Shown here piece after piece: positions 25,441 through 38,278 of a stretch of DNA of 64,000 nucleotides. How positions within the stretch are numbered: the stretch's first letter is position 1; each line of letters opens with the position of its first letter. The position numbers and the translations under genes were made by a program. The notes beneath the pieces are model-generated. The model saw only the letters and a program-made list of their open reading frames with translations. It did not search any database and had not been told where the DNA came from. The stretch spans positions 9,734,001-9,798,000 of the forward strand of contig CM060731.1 of assembly GCA_030704615.1 (NCBI GenBank). The letters are read 5' to 3'. Origin of the DNA: Takakia lepidozioides. Its lineage: Eukaryota; Plantae; Bryophyta.

Positions 25441-28400
25441 TGGAAAAACATTTACAATTTAGTTAATCTAACCCCCAAATTCAAGATTTGTTTCTGATAT
25501 TTGATTCTAAAGATGATTTGGATACTTTCTATGAAGAGTTTAATACATTATAAGGAATAAAAATTGTATTAAATTTTGTTTTAATTATGGATTTAAAATG
25601 ATATTTGTTTTACTTAAGTAGAAAGAAATCAAAATATTCAGTTTTTTGATCAAAACTCAATTGTATGTATAGTGCATCATGTGAACTACAAAATGCCCAA
25701 ATTTGGCTCAAATATTCTAATTTTATTATTTAGAATGGCAATTTGTGAGATTCAAAATATTTTTGGACATCAAAGTGCAATAGTGCACTTTAAGTCTATG
25801 CAAAATTTTGCTCTAGTTCTATCTAGACCTATAACAATCAACGAGAATAGGCCAATTAAAAGTTGGTTGTATGAGGGACAAGATGATGCAATTTAATATA
25901 GGCCGCTCATCCAAATTAGCCTCACACAAGTACTGCAACATTAGGCTATCCTCCACAACTCAAACATAACGCCGATATTGTAATTTGGCACACCCATTCC
26001 TCTGGCCGGTCATTGACGACTATAATAGGCATCACAAAGATGGCCTCCACTGATTGCCATAACAATCTGAGGCCATGGCAACTTAAAAATACGCCTGGAA
26101 CACCCCCTACGACTGATTCTTCAGCTCTCATCACGCACAAAACTAGGAACACCTACCTAAAAATCTCTAAATGGCTTTGTAAGCAAAAGTTGCATCAGAT
26201 GAGATTGAGCCAATTAGCGAAACGTCAAAGCTGTTAGATATACCATCCTTTCAAACTGTTGGTTTCCTCTCAAAGTGTAAGCAGAATCAATGAGGAGTCG
26301 AGTACAGTAGCAGGCTTGTATTCAAAGAATGAAAGGACTTACTTGAAGGTCATATGCAGACAGAATAGAAAAGTAGTCAGATCATTGCCATCGCCATGGC
26401 CTAACTTACCTCACTGGCCTATTCTTCATTATTGCCAGATGGGGAGTGTGCAATACAGTGAGACATGACTTCCTAGTGCAGAAGTACTTGTGGCCGTGAA
26501 ACAGCTAGAGCTCAGCTCACTTGCCTAGTATGGGTAGGACAGATGACTAGTTTCTCCGAGATAATCAACATTAGTGGACTGCCATTGCAGAAGAAAACTA
26601 AAAAGGGAAAAGAAAATTGCAAGCTCAAATGTCAACTCATCTCGACTTAGAGTTTGTGTATTCTGCTGGTAAATTCCTACACAGTACATGCCACTGAGTC
26701 AATGTTGTCTAAATGCTCATGAAATGAGACAAATATGTGTAAATGAGACTATCCAAAATATCACCCCACCATCACCATTCACCATCAAAGTTGTGCATGT
26801 CATGGTCTGAGGCAACGAAGCAATGCCTAAACAGGAATACAATATGCAGTTGCAAGCCAAACAAACTATCAGGCAAATGTAAACATTTAGACCTACAAGT
26901 CTGCATACAGTTGCAAGGGAACTTCTCTGGTTGAATGTGTAGGAAAATGTAGGCCAATTACAAGAGAACAACTCTTCATCTTCCACAAGACAATTTCTAG
27001 CTGGAGAACATTATGAGCTCGTGATTTCTCTGAGAATGTATCATTTAAAGTAAACAGAGTCTGTGCCTTGACACTCTTATAATGGAGAATCCAGCTAGCT
27101 TCTACTGTACAATTACATTATTTGAATCACGGAAATCAACATTAACTTTACTTTCCACCTACAACACGTACTGAATGCAATGACATGATTGCTTTTTGGA
27201 AATAATAGAGTATGACTGTAATGTACAAAAAGCTAGAAACTATCCACAATTTGCATGAAACAACCGCGATTTATTCAGAATCACCCCTTCATTTTCTACT
27301 TTCCAGATAGAAACTCCCATGTCTTCCTTCCCAAATGCCAAGAGCCGGACACTGAAGGAGAAGAAAGGAAAATGACTGAAGCATTTAGTCCTAATGAGCG
27401 AGCATGTTTTGGACTGCTTCTCAAGATGCATCTACTCTCAAACAATATTGGATGTCTGGATGCAGGAACTCAACTGAATCTCAAATACCACATGTAATTA
27501 TACAGCTTCGAATCAGCACATCATTGCCATACAGGGTCCTTAGAGAACCTAAGTCAATAAACAGTCAAACCACTCAAAGAATGTGCACCCTTGATGTTTT
27601 CAAAGATTACAGGATTGCAGGACCTTGAAATTGCAGTCGTGAAAGCAACCAGTCATTTGTACCCACCAAAAGAGAAACATGTGCTAAGTGTCAAATATTG
27701 TTTTCTGTAGGTAGGGTAGAAGGTTAGGTAGGCCAGGAAATACCTATGTAACAGCTGCTCAGTGCCCAAACTCCAGCTGATTGAATGATAGGGACTCCAT
27801 TGTCATTGCTAGCTCCTACGCTTCTAGCCACCCTTCTAGCACAGTGGCAACAAAGAAGCACATTAGCTCACACCAGTGATCCCTCGGTAATCCACCACCT
27901 TCACCTTCACTTGCAATTTTGTTGTTAATCAGCAAAGACACCAAACGGACTGAAGCTGACATGACCACACAGCATCCATTGATCCACACCTAGCCCTTAC
28001 AATTTACGGAACCTCCTCAAGTGTTCCTTCTCTCTCCGGTTAACAGCAAACCTTCAATTTCCTCCACAGGTAGATACTGTTAACAGCTTCTAAAGGAAGG
28101 AAAGAGAATTTCAAAACCGCATAGTCTCGTTCGCAGAATTCCAAAAACCGGAGCCGAGCAATTGGTAATTTGGTACGCTAATCTCCCAAAAAAATTTAAA
28201 AAACAGAGGTGTTTCTGTGTGGAGAATCGAGGCAAAACATGTGGCAGATTTCGAAGTCATTTGCTGATGTGTTCAACGGCAGGGTGTCATTGAGAGTAGA
28301 TGCTGTGCAAAATTACTGTAAAGTGATTGGTTAAGTGCTGAAACTCGGCCATAGCCACACAGGTGCGGGCTGGCCCTTAGGCAGTATAACAGAAAGACCA

Positions 28401-29047
28401 TCGTATCACAATACGATTGCAACCTAACAGATGCATTGACCATATGTGCGCAAGACACAAAAAGAGATTGGGACGATGGGATGGGCCGGCCACCATGGTG
28501 ACAAAACGTTATGGTGATAACACAGATAAGAGTCACCTGGTTTTCCTCGATCTCATGAAAAACACTTCAAATGATAGGAATAGCCACAAGACAGGCAGAT
28601 TGTATTGTCAGAAATACAGAGTACTCAGTGATTGGAAAAACAATGAAGTACACCTACTACAGCTCAAATGGGTCATAGTTCCTTCAAGTCCCCAAACCAA
28701 GAGTGCAGTTCCTTCACTTGGAAATTATTGCAATTCTTGCTTTGCCATCTCCTAGACTGCAGAGTTATCTTTTGTGTGGATGGTAACCTGGTCAGTTTGT
28801 GAAGATACAAGAAAAGGAATAAATTCAATAACTGCCAGTACGACCACCCTGGGGCAGATTCAATCCAATCTAGACTTCGTAGAACATTAAGAACCATACA
28901 GACGCAATACTCACTCTACAGAAGCGACTGAGCTCTTTAAGCCTCCAAAACTCAATAGCACTCTAATCATATGAAAGAACACATGAATCAATCCATTGGG
29001 CTGACCACCACCTCAAGTGGAAGAGATTTTGTGAGGCCCAAACAAAA

Positions 29048-30963
29048 CTATGTGTACTCATACAACGAGATACTCTTATCATCTGATACACTGGCCAATC
29101 TACCAACCCTAACACCATCACCACCAGGAGGACGGAATGCAACAGCCCACACCTGGTCAGTGTGATCTGTCATTGTTTGGACAGCAGCCCTCATCTTAAG
29201 ATCCCACAACCGGACAGTCCGGTCACTGGACCCTGTAGCCAAGGCCAGCCCATCAGGACTCACATCAACACTCAGCACCCAGCTAGCATGACCTGAAAAA
29301 GCACTGATCAAAGTCCGACTCTCCACATCATACATGTGAACATGCATGTCATCGGATGCAGTAAATAGTACTCGTGAATCAACAGGTGAAAATGCTAGCG
29401 ACCGGACAGGCATTGCATGACCCTCTAGAAGGTGCAAGAGCTTTGCCCTCGCAACATCAAAAATAGCCACTGTTCCATCCATAGTACTGCACGCTAGGCG
29501 TTTCCCGTCTAAGCTCCAGGCGACAGCAAGGACAAACTTGCTCGCACCACTCTTGTCCGATGGTGTGGAGTCAGCAGTGATTTCTGCCTTGGGCACTACG
29601 AGAGCCTGCTCCGTGCGCCAGGTGGTGGTGTTCCATAGTGTCACCGAAGCACTCCCTCCCCCAGCAACAGCCAGGACTCCCCCCTGCCAATACCACATAG
29701 ACATGGTGCAACACCTTACAAGACCACAGACTAAAGACGAGTCCGGAATGTGTAATGCATACCCTCATCTGCTTCCAAGAGAGGCATTTAGAATACTAGC
29801 TCAAAAGGGAAGAGGAATGTGCAAAAATGTGATTGCCCTCAACATTAGCTCTACCGAATGAATTGAACACCAAAAAATGTTGTCTGGGTTTACAACCCCA
29901 CTGTAAAGGCTTGCCGGTAGTATTCTTCTAGTTGGATCTGACCATATGCCAAAGGAGGGTTCTATGGTTATCCCAATCTACGACTTCTGGATGACACTAC
30001 ACAATTGCTACGGCCTGCCCAAATAAGGCTCCAAATTCCCCAAGACTAAGGCAGCATGAGCCCAACAAACATGTTGGGATGCTCACAATTCTGCCGCTTT
30101 CTCACAGGTGAAGGAACATACAACTCATCTATTCATCAGGTAAAGGTGCACTAAAAGAATACAAGAAACTGTCGGGCGGGTAGGACAAATCTGCTTAACT
30201 GCATTGCAATGACACAGACAATATTGACATCTATGTTTGTGGGCACATCAGGAGTCAAGGTTTGCATTGCATGAGAACCAACGGAAACCACCACAGCTAC
30301 ACCTTGACTAATCTCACAAAGCCTAATGCAAGAGCACGGAAATGAACCAACCTTTGGATCAAATTGCATGAGCCAGGCCTCTGATGGAGGCGTCTCAAGA
30401 GTAGCAACTGTGGCATTGCTATCGACATCAAAGACACGGACAAAACTGTCCAGAGATGTGGAGGCAGCTATGGTGCCTGCTGGGTGTGCCGCTACAGCTA
30501 CCACACCCAGGGCATGACCTGCCAATTGCACTGGAGGATTAGCTGCTACTTTGATCACTCTATACATCTAGAAGACTTGACCATAGCTAATTGGCACCCA
30601 ACATTGGATCGAAATCAAATAAACTCTTGAGAACTTGTAGGAAAATTTGGATCTTCTCTTCTTGTTATCTAGGAGATTCAATTGCACATATCACAAAGTA
30701 GGAGACCTTGACCCCGGCAGCAGAATCACCTGGCTAAACATATATTTACGGGTCGACCAAGAAAGAGACAACAAGAGAACAGGATACATACCTGTATTGG
30801 TGCGTTCGAGCTCCAGCTCGTCGCCCTTCCATAGCTTCACGGTCTCGTCAACAGAGCCCGTGATCAAAAGGGCCGGACGAGCATCTGTAGCCGGCGCCCA
30901 CGCGACAGACCATATCCCGTCATTGTGCGCACTTGGCAAGTTCTTCAAGCTGCTAATCTTCAT
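29048..30963 (-). CDS. VIP3: WD40 protein VIP3/SKI8 (Paf1C and SKI complex subunit)
   Basis: Exons ~30963-30792, 30518-30352, 29684-29048. AHNDGIW...LITGSVDETVKLW...RTNTGHALGV...GRLASVSDDKSISLYEY matches VIP3 end to end. Confidence 0.95.
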
Positions 30964-31500
30964 CCTCCTCCTACAAAACCGCCCACCACCTTACCTTCAC
31001 TTCTTCATCAATCCCTGAACTCTCTCATTCTGGTGCCTGCATCAGAAGATCACCCACAAAGATCCGATCTTTCTCAGTCTTGAGCTCATTGCAAGCAACG
31101 CACAACTGGGGCCTAGAGTAACCAGATTCAACACCACGTCACGGATTCAATTAAGCCTAATTAAAAGCTCAAGGGCTAGGGTTTCGATTTATTAGGTCGT
31201 TTATCTAAAATCTCAGGAGCTGTTAGGGCGTCAGCCTGTACAAATATTCGCCGCTGCAAGAAGTCGGAGAGCCGGGTTTAGATTCACAACTCCAATCTAA
31301 CAGTATCGTGATGTGCGTTGGCCAAAATCGAAATCCTAGCTTGTTGAGCTGCTCAAGCTGCAGTTTTTGCATTCTCTTCTAGCACGGATCTCACTGAGCA
31401 CTTTTTGTCGAGGAAGTGGTGGGGAGGTTGGGTTTTCTCTTCTGCTTGTGAGAAAGGACACATATCAAAAACTTGGTGAAATACAACTCAGAGAAGCGTG

Positions 31501-34500
31501 ATGCAGACCAAGAAGAGGAAGAGTGTTGCGATTTCCGCGCTAATGGAGAAGCCCAAGAAGCCCAAGAGCAAGCAAGTATCTGAGATCTCCTGTGAGGGCA
31601 CTGCCTCAGCGTCGGCAAAGATGAGTCATGACAACAGGGAGGTTGTGCTTGCAGCAGATTATATGGTGAGATCCCTCTGTGATGATTTTCATTTTCCCCT
31701 ACATGTCGTGAGGATGCTGTATACGGGTAAAAGTTTCTCAATTTTTAGTGATTAAGAGGCTGACCTATACTTCATCTGTCGCCAACAAGACAATGGATCA
31801 TTCGTTACTGAAGCTGTCTGAAATGCTCATGGGAGCGGTGGACTTGACCTGCAGCCTTTGGATACAACGTTGAGCAGGGGAGGTGCATCAGCCCGCTCAA
31901 AGAAGAAGGGCGCTAAATCTGGGAGGGCGAACGTTGCTGCTACAGATTTGTCAACGTCGACCAAAACAAATGTCATATACGTCGGACGTATACCTCATGG
32001 GTTTTATGAAGACCAGATGCGAGGTATTGAAGATTATTTCCCAGTCCCTTAAACGCTCGAGCAGTTGCTGCTATAGGACTGTGTACCTTGCTATGCCAGG
32101 CTGCGCTTGTTGATAGCTTTTCTTAGAGGACTTTGTGAAAAATGGTAGGGTGTGAAGAGAGGGAGGATTGGGGCATTCTAACTTTACATATTCCAGTTTT
32201 TCCAAAGGATGTGAAATAATGGTAACATAGGCATCCACTGATTTTGGCTGAAAGGAGCGTTTTTCCGGGATTGTGCTGTGGGGCAGGGTTTTTCGGCCAA
32301 TTTGGCACAATCAAGCGACTGCGACTATCACGCAATAAAAAGGTGTGTAACTCAGCTCATTAAATGAGCTGTCATGAGGTATTTTCTGAAGAAGGCACTG
32401 ATGTATAATCTATCAACTGCAGAAGACATCCTGAAAGTGGGGTTTATACTGCTGACTGCCCCCCTCTTCTGCTGGTCATCTCCTATCCGTTTTCTCTCTA
32501 TGTTTTTTACATGAACTTTGAACACGTCATGAAGTGGGTGGTTATGTTTTGATTGTCCTTTGACATGAGCTCAAAGTTGCTTTTGAGTGTTAAGACTTTG
32601 TATTTGTGGGGTGCGGTAATGTCCTGTCGTAGGTGCGCTGAGGATGAAACTTATACTGAACTTGTATTGGGTGTGCAGACGGGCAGGTCCAAGCACTATG
32701 CATTCATTGAGTTTGAGTCCTCTGAGGTGGGCACCTATCTTCACTCTCTTGGAGACTTGCACAAGTTGGGTGATTTTGGTTTTCAGCAGAGTAGGCAGCA
32801 CTGGGGGATTTCTGAGGTAATTTGCCTTGACACAGGCACTTAACAGTCCACACTTCCGTTACATTAACTTAGTTGCAGGTTGTATAATTTTGCTCCTTCC
32901 TTGCTTTGACACAGGCCACTTAATAGTCGGTGATTTATTGCAATATTTCCCAGGTGGCACCTATTGTTGCGGAAGCAATGCACAATTATCTATTGTTTGA
33001 GTCAATGCTCCAAGTTAAGTTGGTGCCCCTCGACAAGATTAACCCTCGTATGTGAGTCCCCATTAACCTGACCTGAATCTTCATCAGTCAACGTTGATTG
33101 CTCCCAATTTGGACAGATCTTTAATGTAGATTGAAAACTGCAAATACCAATTTTTATGTTTTACTACTGCCATTTGCAGTATATCTCACCAGGGTCCAAT
33201 GTAAATTTTATTCCAGTGGAGTTAACCTGGATGCCAGTGTTGACAGTCATTGTCTTGGGTGCTTGCCTATCATTCTTAATAACCAGCTATATACCCTAAA
33301 CGTACATGATAATTATGAGTGGAATTGTTTGGGGGGGGGTTACAAACAGGTGGGTGGGCGCAGGGCGAAAATTCAAGACAGTTGGCTGGCAACAACTCGA
33401 GCGTCAGCATCACAATCGGGTCAGTGTGAGAGAGATGGACATGCTCATAGACCTGTGTTTAGAGTAGTTTATGGAACCCTTAACTAAACAGTAAGTAGCG
33501 TCACTAGATTGTTGCACAGGTGAAACTTCTCAAGTATTACCCTGCTAATCCGTGCATGCCAGCAGACTACATAAGCTGTAGGGCAGTCAGTGCTGACATT
33601 TACCATACAGAGTAGTTGTGTTCATGGATGGGACTGAACCAGTTTTGGGATGACAGTTCCATCTCAATATGTTGGATACCTACTGTTTTTCAGTGCCATT
33701 TCTGTTACTCCTCAGATGATTGAATTGATGGTTCTAAAGTCTTTTCTTGTATCTCTTATCTCGAGTAGTTAGTACTGAGTTGGTCACTGTCATTGTTTCT
33801 TACAGTACCATGTAATTGCAGGATAGAACTCCTGAGGAGCAGCAGCGTCTGCTTGAGAGTTTGGTGAGAAAAGATCAGAGGCGTCGGGTAAAGCTTCAGG
33901 ATGCTGGCATCGACTATGACTACCCTGAAATTGTATGTGCTGCATTTTTCAAAGAACTATCCTCTGTACACTTGCTTTTAATGAGTCGCTTTGGCCCAAG
34001 TCGATGGTGTTTGGAGGACAGCAGTGCTTTTACTTCATTTCTACAATTTTGCCAGTCTGGCGATGGTTTTTGGGGGATGTCACTCTAATTTCTTGCAAAC
34101 CTCAGAAAGCCTGCCACCAGCCAATATTCTGGCAAAAGACTGAAAACCTGTCAGCTTTTGGCTATTGAAACGGGAAAAAGCTGGATTTGCCCCCATAGAG
34201 TTCTTGCAGCTGCCCTTTTCTCCCCGGTTTTGTGATACCCTTCCTGCTGAAGAGACTTTAGGTGCTGCATATATACGGCCCCATTCGAAGAGGTCAGATT
34301 GCAGAGACCAGCAAATGTTACAGTTTTGAAAGAAAGTGAGAAGTTGTTCCAGACCTCTTCATTGATACCGAGTGGCTGATATTTATGATCTGGAACACTT
34401 GACATTTCATTCTTGGCTGGGTTTACTACTTCTGTCATGAAGGATCTTGTAGCATCTGCTACGTGATGCTGCTTATGGACTCTGATTTTGCAAGCCTCAT

Positions 34501-34685
34501 TATCCTGATTTTACAAGGGTTCTTGTAATCCATATGACTGTCAAGCTAAGATTCTGTCTTATTTGTAGTCCTAAGACTGGTTAGGTTGGTGGATCGGCAC
34601 TCGTCTTTTGCAGAAAAATATCATCCCACCTGCACCCAAGAAGATCAAATTCAGCGATGAAGATGCGACGCCGGATGCCTCCTAG
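31501..34685 (+). CDS. Nucleolar RRM protein, NIFK/Nop15-like (60S biogenesis)
   Basis: VIYVGRIPHGFYEDQMRGFFGQFG...RLSRNKKTGRSKHYAFIEF...MHNYLLF...GIDYDYP...PKKIKF assembled from 8 GT-AG exons. Confidence 0.9.
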
Positions 34686-35719
34686 CCCAATCGTACTCTG
34701 CTTGTGAGTCTTCCTGAAAGCATGCTATTCCAAGGATTGTGGAAGGTGTCACTAGTTCGAAGGGGTGTTATTGTTCTTACTCTGTTGTTGTTTTGACAAT
34801 ATTTGTCTGTATCAAAGGGAACTCCATTTGTAAGATGCTTAAGGACAGACAGAACTTGACAGAACTATGTGATTTCGTATACCGTCTAGTACAGAAAGCT
34901 CTGCTATGGGGGTCTTCTCAGGTTTCCTGCTCACCTACTCTGTTAACAGGAATTTTGACATGTGGGATTCTGGAGTGTTGATAATGCACTCTTTAGTCAG
35001 GAATGAACAAAAACTGACAGCACCCAGGCGGCATTGGTCCTGTGAGGGGTTTTTGTGTCCTCAGACTCTAGAGAAAAGCAGAAGTTATGTATCTTTGTTG
35101 GTCCATCACATTGCATAAAAAGTACTGCATGTCTTGCATTAGACAAGGTTGGAGTGTTCTCATACTTTCAGCATGGACTTGATGTGAGGAAGGTACCTGA
35201 CCTTGATTGCAGGCTGCGAACCTGTTTCCGTACTAGAAGGCATGTTACCATTGCATAGCCTGCTTTTTGACACTTTGCTTAGTGTCAGGAACTGCAATGT
35301 CTTGTTCCAGTTAATGAAAAAGAATTTGTTGAAAATCTACAACTTGATCTTATCTCAAGTAGGAAAGCTAAAGAATTGTACCCAGGCTGTTGTGTCCACT
35401 TATTCTTGATACTCACGGAGGGTTAAAAGGATGTCCATCCCAATTTGGTAGGAATGAACTTGGGATGGATCTTCTGTCCCAGTGATCCAAGTTCCCAGCA
35501 CAGCAATAATCTAGACAAAATCACAACAGTAGGATTTGGGTTGTCTGCCCACTTGGGTGCTGGTGGAGATGTTTATGTTGCATCTAAAGCTGTGAATGTA
35601 ACTCTATGAACACTATCAACTGTTCACAATCATGAGTTCAGGGACTAGGACAGCTCCATCGTCACTGAGTATTTGTGGTTGTGGTAGTGCTCTGAAGATA
35701 TCTTCAGTGCAAAAAAATT

Positions 35720-38278
35720 AGTGCAGTAAGGCTCCTAGTCGTTTAATGTAAGGTATAGGCCTCTGCACATGGTGGCAATCCATGTCATACGGGCAGTGTT
35801 GCAGGTCACACGCAGATACTGGGGAGAATTGGATTGTAGGTACCCAAATTTCTCTGGGAGAAAATCCTGGGAACAGTATCCGTTCCCAAACATGCCACAA
35901 AGGCAAAAACGAGTTTCGCTGCAATCCATATAACGTATGTTCAACCAGTTCTGCTGCAGAATTGGCAGAGCTGTGAGAGGCCCTGAATCTGAATCTGTTG
36001 TACTACTTGATCGACACCACCTTTGCGTTTTCTATAGAAGTTTGGGCAATTTCGTTTGAATGCCTCCTCGTTGATTATATCTTGTATTCCCTTTCTCTCA
36101 AGGTGTAGTAGACATCACCGAAACAAAACCTCCACCACTATTTTTAAGTGAGGACTCTAGGTTTAAGGTCAACGGTATTCCAGCATCTCGTATAGGCACA
36201 GTACTCAGTGTCAAGTGTGCAGCAATGGATTCTGGTTTGGATAGCATCGCCAGTGTCAATCTGGACAATCACAGACTTTTGTGCTGCACCGTTGGGTTGA
36301 TTTGGTGGGGCCAGCAACCTTTCACTCCCGTGCAGGACGGTGGTTATCTCAGTTACTGCCGGCTGACTGAGATCACCAGCGGCCTGCATAGATTCTATGC
36401 GCTTTGGAGTACATATTCAGATTCCATGCAACGTCTCTCACGTATGAACACCTACCACGCCGGCCTCGGCGGGGTCTTTCATTCGGACCATGCCCTGGGA
36501 ATCTTGGGAAGGTTCTCCAGTAGAGAGGTGATTTCGTGATTTCTTACACCAGTCTGCAGGCATCTGCACAGAGCCCATCAGATATGCCATGGACTATTCC
36601 AGAGGCGTCATAGCTTCCCTTCCCCTGGACCGTTACCGTCTTTGAGAAAATAATGAACTTCTAGGAGCTTGCCGGCTATGTACCTTATGTAGTGAGTGAG
36701 ATGACCAACAATATGGCGGGCTGCATGGTTTACGGTGAGCTTTGTCAGCTTATTAGGTGACGACTCAACCAAAGGCCCATCTCAGCTTGAAAGGTGGGAT
36801 GTGACTCGGGAAAGCCGCAGAGAGGCTCTGCACGCTGGCGGGCAGCAACGTACACTAGCGAATCCCAGAACATAGCGTAGAGAACTTCGCCAGAGCATGT
36901 TGGAAAAACGAGCATTCCTTGTCTTTGAACCTTGGTGTTCTCGCTCATTGCATGTTTACATCTCACCTTAATAATGCACCAGTATATCCCCTCCCAGCAT
37001 TGCACTAATCTACTGGTGAGGCGGATTACACTTCCTCCAACTACCCTTGTCTCTAGCTCCAACTCATACTGCCTGCTTCTTCTGCGTATGACTTTTCATT
37101 GTTATCCTAGAGCATGCATGATCTTGTCCATAATGAATTTGGGAGCTTATCATCCCAGGCAACAAGCGCCAAGACTCCGCTTCTTTCGACCCGAGTCTGC
37201 GGATCATGCCTGAGTATGTTGTATGGCTGGATGGAATATGCAAACAAGACATCATGTATGCACTCAAAAACTGTGATTTTCAAAGCACTCCAGACTCCGA
37301 TTGGGTCAAGTGTGCTGTTTTGGCATTTACTGCTTGACGCTTTTGTCAAGACGATTGCCACAACAATCAGAACCATAGCTCAGCGCGTATAATGTCGGCT
37401 GGTGTTGACAATGATGCAGACAACGTATACGGGGCAACTTGCCAGGTGCAATCTGTTATTACATTCCTTTTGCCCGCAACTGCTTCAAAAATGATAGGTG
37501 ACTGGCTGGGTCTTTTTCTGCAAACGACGATGGTTCTTAACGTCCGCAAGAAATTTGCTCTGATATATCGATGAGGGTCTGCCTGAAGTCACGATTGAGC
37601 CGAAGTTGTTTGCTCCAAGAATTTCTCGCTAATCGGTCCATATTCAAGGATAATCATAGTTCTCAACATGACCTCCCGATGTGTGGAGGCTCTTTCTCAT
37701 ATCGAGGAGAATGCGGATGTCCCCAGATGGAACTTACTGGCAGAATTGAAAGTTGGTATGATCCACAGGTATCGCTGACCAGTACGAGCACAGTCTATGA
37801 AGTACAAAAACATAGTAAAAACAAACCCACCAGATGAGGTTTGTTTTTTTCTTGACAAAGGAGGTATTCACTACACGTTGACTTGCTCGGGTGCCAGTGG
37901 AAAGCAAAGACCACAGATTCAAAATGTAATCCCCTCTAAGCATCTTGTCAAATGTCAAAGTCGTTGGGATGTCCATACCCACAATCTGTAGAGCAAGCTC
38001 CTCGAGAATCTGTAGAGGCCAACGAGAACAGTGTCTGGTTTGTCTCTTCAGGATTTCGATAATCTCATTGACTACTCCAAGTTCGTTCTTTCTGAATGTA
38101 TGTATTATGCGGTAGGCAGGATTTGAACGTAAGATCATATGAGGGTTTATCCAGCTGGGTGTTAAGCTTCTAGGACATGCTTGTGACCATGTCATCACTC
38201 TATGCAGCAGGGTTTAAGAATGGATCAGGGTTTTAGAAAGGGTGGTGCTAACGGATTTGAGGTAATTTCTTGGAACAT
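35720..38278 (-). pseudogene. Decayed intronless coding relic, candidate endogenous Bunyavirales L-protein C-terminal half
   Basis: Protein-like blocks across frames (EITSNPLAPPFLKP / LLHRVMTWSQACPRSLT; PHRYIRANFLRTLRTIVV; SSPNKLTKLTVNHAARHIVGHLTHYIRYIAGKL) in the order expected for L; similarity is weak and recalled. Confidence 0.4.

Noticed and set aside
25900-28800. Short ORFs and splice-like signals downstream of VIP3
   Set aside because: No coherent reading frame or recognisable domain; may be UTR or lncRNA but cannot be supported.
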